From an uncultured Actinomycetes bacterium (GTDB taxonomy: Bacteria; Actinomycetota; Thermoleophilia; Gaiellales; Gaiellaceae): a DNA stretch of 64,000 nt. The position numbers and the translations under genes are program-made. The notes below the pieces were generated by a model, which was given only the letters and a program-made list of their open reading frames with translations, ran no database searches and had not been told where the DNA came from. Of this stretch, positions 58,491-64,000 are shown one piece after another; within the stretch, counting starts at the first letter, position 1, and every line of letters begins with the position of its first letter. The stretch spans positions 3,742-67,741 of the forward strand of contig CAWCCL010000013.1 of assembly GCA_963794055.1 (NCBI GenBank), written 5' to 3'.

Positions 58491-61400
58491 CTAGGGCGAA
58501 AGCCGTAGATCGAGGATAGCATCGACAAGCGCGACCGCTCCGGAGAACCGCTCGCCCCTCTGGGTGAGCTCGCGCTTCGCGCTCGAGTAGACGGCGATCG
58601 GCGCCGAGGAGCGAAGCTCCCGGAGCTCGACCGAGCCGAGAACGAGCGGGCCGACCACCGCGCGGCCGCCCCGGAAGACGAGATAGTCCGCGCCGATCCG
58701 CGCCAGCTTCAGCTTGACCTCCTGGATGGCGAAGAGGTTCTCGACCGGCTCCGGGATCGGGCCGAACCGGTCCTCCGTCGCCGCGCGGAGCTCGCGCAGC
58801 TCGTCCTCCGACTCGGCGAGCGCGAGCCGGCGGTGGAGGTCGATCTTCTGCGCCTCGGCCGGCATGAAGTCGGCCGGGCACGTAGGCATCGACCTGCGCG
58901 TCCACGCGCACCGGCCGCGCGACCGCCCGGCGAGTGCCGCTCAGCTCGGCGACGGCCTCCCCGAGCAGCTCGACGTACAGCTCGAAGCCGATGGCCGCCA
59001 CGTGGCCTGATTGCTCCGCTCCGAGCAGGTCGCCTGCGCCGCGGATCTCGAGGTCGCGCATGGCGATCGCGAAGCCGCTCCCAAGCTCGGTGTGGTCGGC
59101 GAGCGTCGCCAGGCGCGCCCGCGCCTCCGGCGACAGCTCGTGTCCGTCGGGATAGAAGAGGAAGGCGTGGGCGACGACGTCGCTTCGGCCCACGCGCCCG
59201 CGGATCTGGTAGAGCTGGGCGAGTCCGAGCGCGTCGGCACGCTCGACGATCAGCGTGTTGGCGTGGGGGATGTCGAGCCCGGACTCGATGATCGTCGTCG
59301 AGACGAGCACGTCCGCGTCGCCGGCGAGGAACGTGAGCATGTGGCTCTCGAGCTCCCGCTCGGGCATCTGCCCGTGTGCGACGAGGAAGCGGAGCTCGGG
59401 GCAGAGCTGGCGCAGGTGCTCGACCGCCTCCTCGATGGACTCGACCCGGTTGTGCAGGACGAAGGACTGGCCTCCGCGCTCGTGCTCGCGCAGGAGCGCC
59501 TCGCGGACGAGCTCCTCGTCGTACTCGCCCACGTGCGTGCGGATCGGCCGGCGGCCACGAGGCGGTGTCTCGATGACGCTGATGTCGCGCAGTCCGGCGA
59601 GGGACATGTGCAGCGTGCGCGGGATCGGCGTGGCCGAGAGCGCGAGCACGTCCACCTCGAGCCGGAGCTGGCGAAGCAGCTCCTTCTGGGCGACGCCGAA
59701 GCGCTGCTCCTCGTCCACGATCACGAGGCCGAGGTTCTTGGAGGCGACGTCCCTCGAGAGGACGCGATGCGTGCCGATCAGGACGTCCACCTTGCCCTCC
59801 GAGTAGTCGGCGAGGACGCGCTTCACCTCGGCCGGCTTGCGGAAGCGGCTCACCATCTCGACGGTCACGGGCAGGTCGCGGTAGCGCTCCCGAAATGTGT
59901 TCAGGTGCTGCTGCGCGAGGATCGTGGTCGGGGCGAGCAGCAGCGCCTGCGCGCCGTTCGCGACCGCGATGAAGGCGGCGCGGACGGCGACTTCGGTCTT
60001 GCCGAAGCCGACGTCCCCGCAGACGAGCCGGTCCATCGGCCGCGCCGCCTCGAGGTCCTCCTTGACGACCTCGATCGCCTGGCGCTGGTCGGGCGTCTCC
60101 TCGTACGCGAAGCTCGCCTCGAGCCGCTCGACGAGCTCGGTGTCGGCCTCGAACGAGATGCCCTCGGCCCGCTGGCGCCGCGCGTAGAGGGCGAGCAGCT
60201 CGCCGGCCAGCTCGTGCGCGCCCGCGCGTGCCCGGTTCTTGATCGTCTGCCACGCCTTGCCGCCGAGCTTCGACAACGCGGGCGCGTGACCGTTGGCCCC
60301 CACGTAGCGCGAAACCTTGGCAATCTGCTCGTGCGGGACGTAGAGGCGATCGTCGCCCCTGAAGGCGAGGAAGAGGTAGTCGCGGGTGACGCCGGCGACC
60401 GTCTTCGTCTCGAAGCCGAGCAGCTTCCCTACCCCGTGGTCCTCGTGCACGACGTGGTCTCCCGTCCGCAGGTCCGCGAAGCTCTGGAGCGCCCGCCCGA
60501 CGCGGACGTCGGAGCGCGGGGGCCGCTTCCGGAAGACCTGCGTGTCCGGGAGCAGGATCAGGTCGAGGTCCCGGAGGACGAAGCCGCGGCGCGCCGGCGA
60601 GACCGCGAAGACGAGGCCGGCCTCGTCCGGCAGGTCGTCCCCGGCGCCGAGCACTACCGCGTCCAGGCGGCGCAGCATTCCCTTCGTCCGCTGCGCCTCG
60701 CCGTGGTGGGCGAAGGTGACAACGACGCGGCTCCCGCTCTTCACGTACGCGAGGAGGTCGCGCTCGGCCTCGGCCAGGCCGCGTGCGGCGACCGCGGGGC
60801 GCTGCGCCTCGAAGGCATGGCGCTGGCCCGCCGGGAGCTGGGTCAGGCGGATCGCGCCGCGGAGGTCGAGCTTGCTCCCGAGCGCCTCGCTGACGGCCTC
60901 CTCCGCCTCGTCGGCCTGCCAGACGAGGTCGGGCACCGGGAGCGGCGGGACGAGATCCACGGGGATCGGCGGCGCCTCGCCCTCGTCCGTCAGCGCCGGC
61001 TCGAGCAGGTCGAGGCGGCGCTCGGCGGCGGGGTAGACGACGGCCTCCTCGAGCCCGTGCAGTGTGCGCTGGGTGAAGGGCGAGAACGCGCGCAGCGACT
61101 CGATCTCGTCGCCGAAGAGCTCCATCCGCACCGGCTCGCGGCCCGTCGACGGGAAGATGTCCACGATCCCGCCGCGAACGGCGAACTGCCCTCGCTCCTC
61201 GGCCTGCGGGACGCGCTCGTAGCCGGCGAGGGCGAGGCGCTCCGCCAGGGTCTCGGCCCCGGGCTCGTCTCCGATCCGGAGGACGACCGGCTCCGGCCTC
61301 GCCTCCTCGGGCGGGATTCCCTCCGCGATCCCGACAGCCGACGCGCAGACGAGGCCGCCCTCGGACAGAACCTCGAGGGCACGGGCTCGCTCGCCGACCA

Positions 61401-61708
61401 GGTGCGGAGGCGGCTCAGGCCGCTGCCCCAGCGGACGCCCCGGGACGCGAAGAGGCCGACGCGCTCCTCGCCCAGGAACCAGCCGGCCGCCTCTGCGGCG
61501 TCGCGCGCCTGCTCGTCGTCCGGCAGGACGCACGACGAGCGGCCCGCCGCGGGCCCGGTGGAGCGCCGGCCAGAAAGAGCGGTAGAAGCGGCTCCGACAC
61601 GCGCGCCTCCGCCGGATCGGCCAGGAACTCGCGCAGGCGCTCGCCTTCCGCGAACTCGCGGGCGACGGGAGCGAGGGCCGGTTCGTGGGCGCGGGTGGGG
61701 CGGTCCAT
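58491..61708 (-). pseudogene. mfd: Transcription-repair coupling factor Mfd, at least three frame changes
   Basis: The core is in the 1495-aa track ORF (..HGVGKLLGFETK.., GDVGFGKTEVA, DEEQRFGV, ..LSATPIPRTL.., QLYQIRGRVGRS). The N-terminus MDRPTRAHEP is in ORF 61415..61744 and the C-terminus is in ORF 58491..58889. Breaks lie near 61555, 61420 and 58885. Confidence 0.85.
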
Positions 61709-61778
61709 GACGACTGACGGAACCCGGAGTTCCGCGGGGGTCATCGTAGCCGCCTCCCGAAACCCTACGATTGGGGCC

Positions 61779-62006
61779 GTGGCCGGCGAGCTTCAACCCA
61801 TCGGGACGCGACCGCAGCTCGTCGCGACCTTCGATCCGCCGGGCGCCGACGAGGCGTTCCGCGCTTGGCGCGACGAGCATGCCGAGGCGCTCGCGGCCGT
61901 CCCTCCGGAGGCGCTGCGCGTCGAGTACGGCCGCGCTGCGGGGGGAGGGCTCTTCGTGCGCGTGCGAATCGACGAAGCACACGTCCCCGCCGGCCTCCCG
62001 AGCTAG
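61779..62006 (+). CDS. Possible small hypothetical protein
   Basis: High GC3 ORF (..QLVATFDPPGADEAFRAWRDEHAEALAAV..). The earlier in-frame starts at 61695 and 61707 would overlap the mfd start, so GTG at 61779 is preferred. No family support. Confidence 0.3.
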   Translation: MAGELQPIGTRPQLVATFDPPGADEAFRAWRDEHAEALAAVPPEALRVEYGRAAGGGLFVRVRIDEAHVPAGLPS

Positions 62007-62235
62007 CTCTCGGCCCGTCCGGAGAGGCGGCGGCAGCGGGTGCCCCGGTCGGGGCGAAACCCTAAGGTCGGGCTACCGATCTGCCGAAGGAAGGGATGAG
62101 CACCGGCGTCGGGCCGCTACGACGCAGGAGCATCTGCGGCGGGTCGTCCTCCAGCGGGACGGCCCGCCTTCTTATCGACCAGGCACGACCCCTTGGGGGG
62201 ACGGCAATCCCCCTGGATTCACGCTATCGAGGAAA

Positions 62236-62258
62236 CTCGCGCGCGTGGCGCGCGCGAG
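62236..62258 (-). terminator. GC-rich perfect hairpin downstream of pth (candidate terminator)
   Basis: CTCGCGCGCG-TGG-CGCGCGCGAG is a 10-bp stem. On the minus strand it is followed only by TTTCCTC, so the U-tract is weak. Confidence 0.35.
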
Positions 62259-62343
62259 TGTGCCGATTTCCTCAGTGGCCGCGGGCGAGCAGGAGCAGCC
62301 GGGCGATCGCTCACACCAGGGCCGAGGCAAGAGCGCGGTCTAC

Positions 62344-62946
62344 TCACGAACGCTCGTTGAAGCGCCGCTGGGCCTCGTCGAGCCCGTCGCGCACGACCGT
62401 CTCGACGGCGTCGGCCGCACGCCCCACGAGCGCTTCGACGTCGACCTCGTCGGGAAACGGCGTAAGCACCCAGTCCGCCACGGGCCGGGGGTCGCCGCGC
62501 TCCGGGCGCCCGACCCCCACCCGCAGCCGCATGAACTCCGGCGTCCCAAGATGGCTCGCGACGGAGCGAAGCCCGTTGTGCCCCGCGAGGCCGCCGCCCA
62601 TCCGCACCTGGAGCCGGCCCAGGTCGAGGTCGACCTCGTCGTGGACGACCAGCAGCTGCTCCGGCGGAAGCTTGAAGAAGCGCACGGCGGCGCCGACCGA
62701 ACGCCCAGACTCGTTCATGTACGTCTGCGGCTTCAGGAGCGCGACGCGGAACCCCTCGACCCGCAGCTCGTCCAGGTCGCCGGAGAACTTCGAGCGGTAC
62801 GACGCCCCGTGGCGCCGCACGACCTCGTCGCATGCCATGTGGCCGACGTTGTGGCGCGTGCGGGCGTACTCGCGGCCGGGGTTGCCGAGCCCGGCGACCA
62901 GCGCGTCGAGCGTCGAGGCCGGCTCGCCCCGACGGAAGAGCCGCAC
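62344..62946 (-). CDS. pth: Peptidyl-tRNA hydrolase
   Basis: LVAGLGNPG..Y..TRHNVG, ..KPQTYMNESG.. and ..HDEVDL..G..R...GGG.GHNGL. Confidence 0.92.
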   Translation of the reverse strand: MRLFRRGEPASTLDALVAGLGNPGREYARTRHNVGHMACDEVVRRHGASYRSKFSGDLDELRVEGFRVALLKPQTYMNESGRSVGAAVRFFKLPPEQLLVVHDEVDLDLGRLQVRMGGGLAGHNGLRSVASHLGTPEFMRLRVGVGRPERGDPRPVADWVLTPFPDEVDVEALVGRAADAVETVVRDGLDEAQRRFNERS

Positions 62947-62955
62947 AGAGGAGTC

Positions 62956-63642
62956 CTAGGCCTCGGCGGTCTCTTCGCCGCCGCTCTCGCCCTCGCCCTC
63001 CGGAGCCGCCTCGCCCTCGCCCTCGACGCCCTCCTCGCCCTCGACCTCCTCCTCGGCCTCCTCGGGCTCCTCCACCCGGGTCGGCGGCGTGACGGTGGCG
63101 ACGACCGACTCGGGGTCGTCGAGGAGCTTCACGCTCTCGGGGACGGCGAGATCGGAGATCCGCAGGCTGTCGCCGATGGTCATGCTCGAGATGTCGAGCT
63201 CGAGCCGGTCGGGCACCTCCATGGGGAGCGCCTCGACGTTGACCTCGCGGAGGACGATCGTCAGCACGCCGCCCTCCTTCACCCCAGGGGACTCGCCGAC
63301 GGTGTCGACGGCGACCTGGCTCTGGATGACCTGGTCGAGGCGCACCTCGTGCAGGTCGATGTGCAGCAGCCGCGGACGCACCGGGTCGAGCTGAAAGTCC
63401 TTGAGCACCGCATGGTGCGCCGTCTTCTGCCCGTCGAAAACGACGTCGAGAATCGCGTGATGCCCGTGCTGGCCCGTGAGCGCGCGGCGGAGCTCGCGCT
63501 CCTCGACCGCGAACGGGTGGGCCTTCTTGCCGTCGCCGTAGAGCACGCCCGGGATCAACCCGCCGGTGCGCAGGCGCCGCGAGACGGCGCTTCCCGCCTC
63601 CTCGCGCGGCTTGACGTCCAGCTTCATCCGCTCACCGGCCAT
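62956..63642 (-). CDS. rplY: 50S ribosomal protein L25 / general stress protein Ctc, with an acidic C-terminal tail
   Basis: ..RRLRTGGLIPGVLYG..., two beta-barrel domains, and a Glu/Gly-rich tail. Located directly upstream of pth. Confidence 0.88.
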   Translation of the reverse strand: MAGERMKLDVKPREEAGSAVSRRLRTGGLIPGVLYGDGKKAHPFAVEERELRRALTGQHGHHAILDVVFDGQKTAHHAVLKDFQLDPVRPRLLHIDLHEVRLDQVIQSQVAVDTVGESPGVKEGGVLTIVLREVNVEALPMEVPDRLELDISSMTIGDSLRISDLAVPESVKLLDDPESVVATVTPPTRVEEPEEAEEEVEGEEGVEGEGEAAPEGEGESGGEETAEA

Positions 63643-63680
63643 ACCGGCCGGAGAGTGTAGCCAACCGGCGCTCGGCGCCG

Positions 63681-64000
63681 TTATCCGGCCGCCAGGTGCG
63701 ACTCGATGCTGCCCTGGATCTGCGAGACGTAGAGCCCGAGCTCGCGCTGGCGCTCGGCGAGGCGCTCCTCCCGGAGACCCAGGAGATCCTCGCGCCGCTC
63801 CACCTCTTCCTCGCGCAGCTCGAGGTCGGCTTCGAGCACCGCCTTCCGCGCCTCCAGGTCGTTCTCGAGCTGGTCGAGATCGCGCGCCCGCTCGCGGAGC
63901 CGGCGCTCCAGCTCGCTCGTCCGCTGCTCGCGCCGGTCGAGGCTCTCGCGCGACTCGACGAGCGCGGCCTCGGGGCCGATCCTGTCCTCGAGCTCCTCCA
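63681..64000 (-). CDS. C-terminal part of a coiled-coil protein (5' end outside the window)
   Basis: I translated the minus strand by hand. The frame is open from the window edge to TAA (63681-63683): ..LDQLENDLEARKAVLEADLELREEEVERREDLLGLREERLAERQRELGLYVSQIQGSIESHLAAG*. Confidence 0.5.
   Translation of the reverse strand, partial: EELEDRIGPEAALVESRESLDRREQRTSELERRLRERARDLDQLENDLEARKAVLEADLELREEEVERREDLLGLREERLAERQRELGLYVSQIQGSIESHLAAG

Overview
This is a 64-kb, very GC-rich chromosomal segment. Hand counts give about 75-80% G+C in typical coding lines and about 57-65% in one atypical islet. Gene content and order look like Actinomycetota: ctc-pth, mfd-PPIase-mazG-eno-pyk-ftsB-DUF501, an AddAB/AdnAB-like helicase-nuclease pair, DUF3105, a 7Fe ferredoxin, and ccdA/ccmH/tlpA. 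A Thermoleophilia/Rubrobacteria-like origin is inference only. I call about 70 protein genes, mostly housekeeping and transport, and two tRNAs (initiator tRNA-fMet and tRNA-Leu-UAA). I found no rRNA, no CRISPR array, and no transposase, integrase or phage genes.

The observations most worth a second look are:
1. Three copies of a short terminal-inverted-repeat element (171, 169 and 59 bp). Each sits exactly between convergent genes, and its CTAG ends supply the stop codons of both neighbours. An apparent empty CTAG site is at 39892-39895.
2. A lower-GC islet at 1.65-3.75 kb, bounded by a tmRNA-like 3' fragment and tRNA-fMet. It holds three orphan small genes and about 750 bp of ORF-free, hairpin-rich sequence.
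3. A perfect GAAC-N4-GTTC LexA/Cheo box between dinG and a VOC gene.
4. A 46-bp duplication of the 3' end of a PAS gene, followed by a long hairpin.
5. Two tandem 21-bp repeats directly upstream of the addB-like start.
6. A bacterial eRF1-like (baeRF/Vms1-type) protein.
7. Many reading-frame breaks, densest in the essential pyk-eno-mazG-PPIase-mfd block. These look like assembly indels rather than decay.

I did not recognise a complete, clearly novel multi-gene system. All calls come from reading the sequence and the supplied ORF track. No searches were run, and frameshift positions are approximate.
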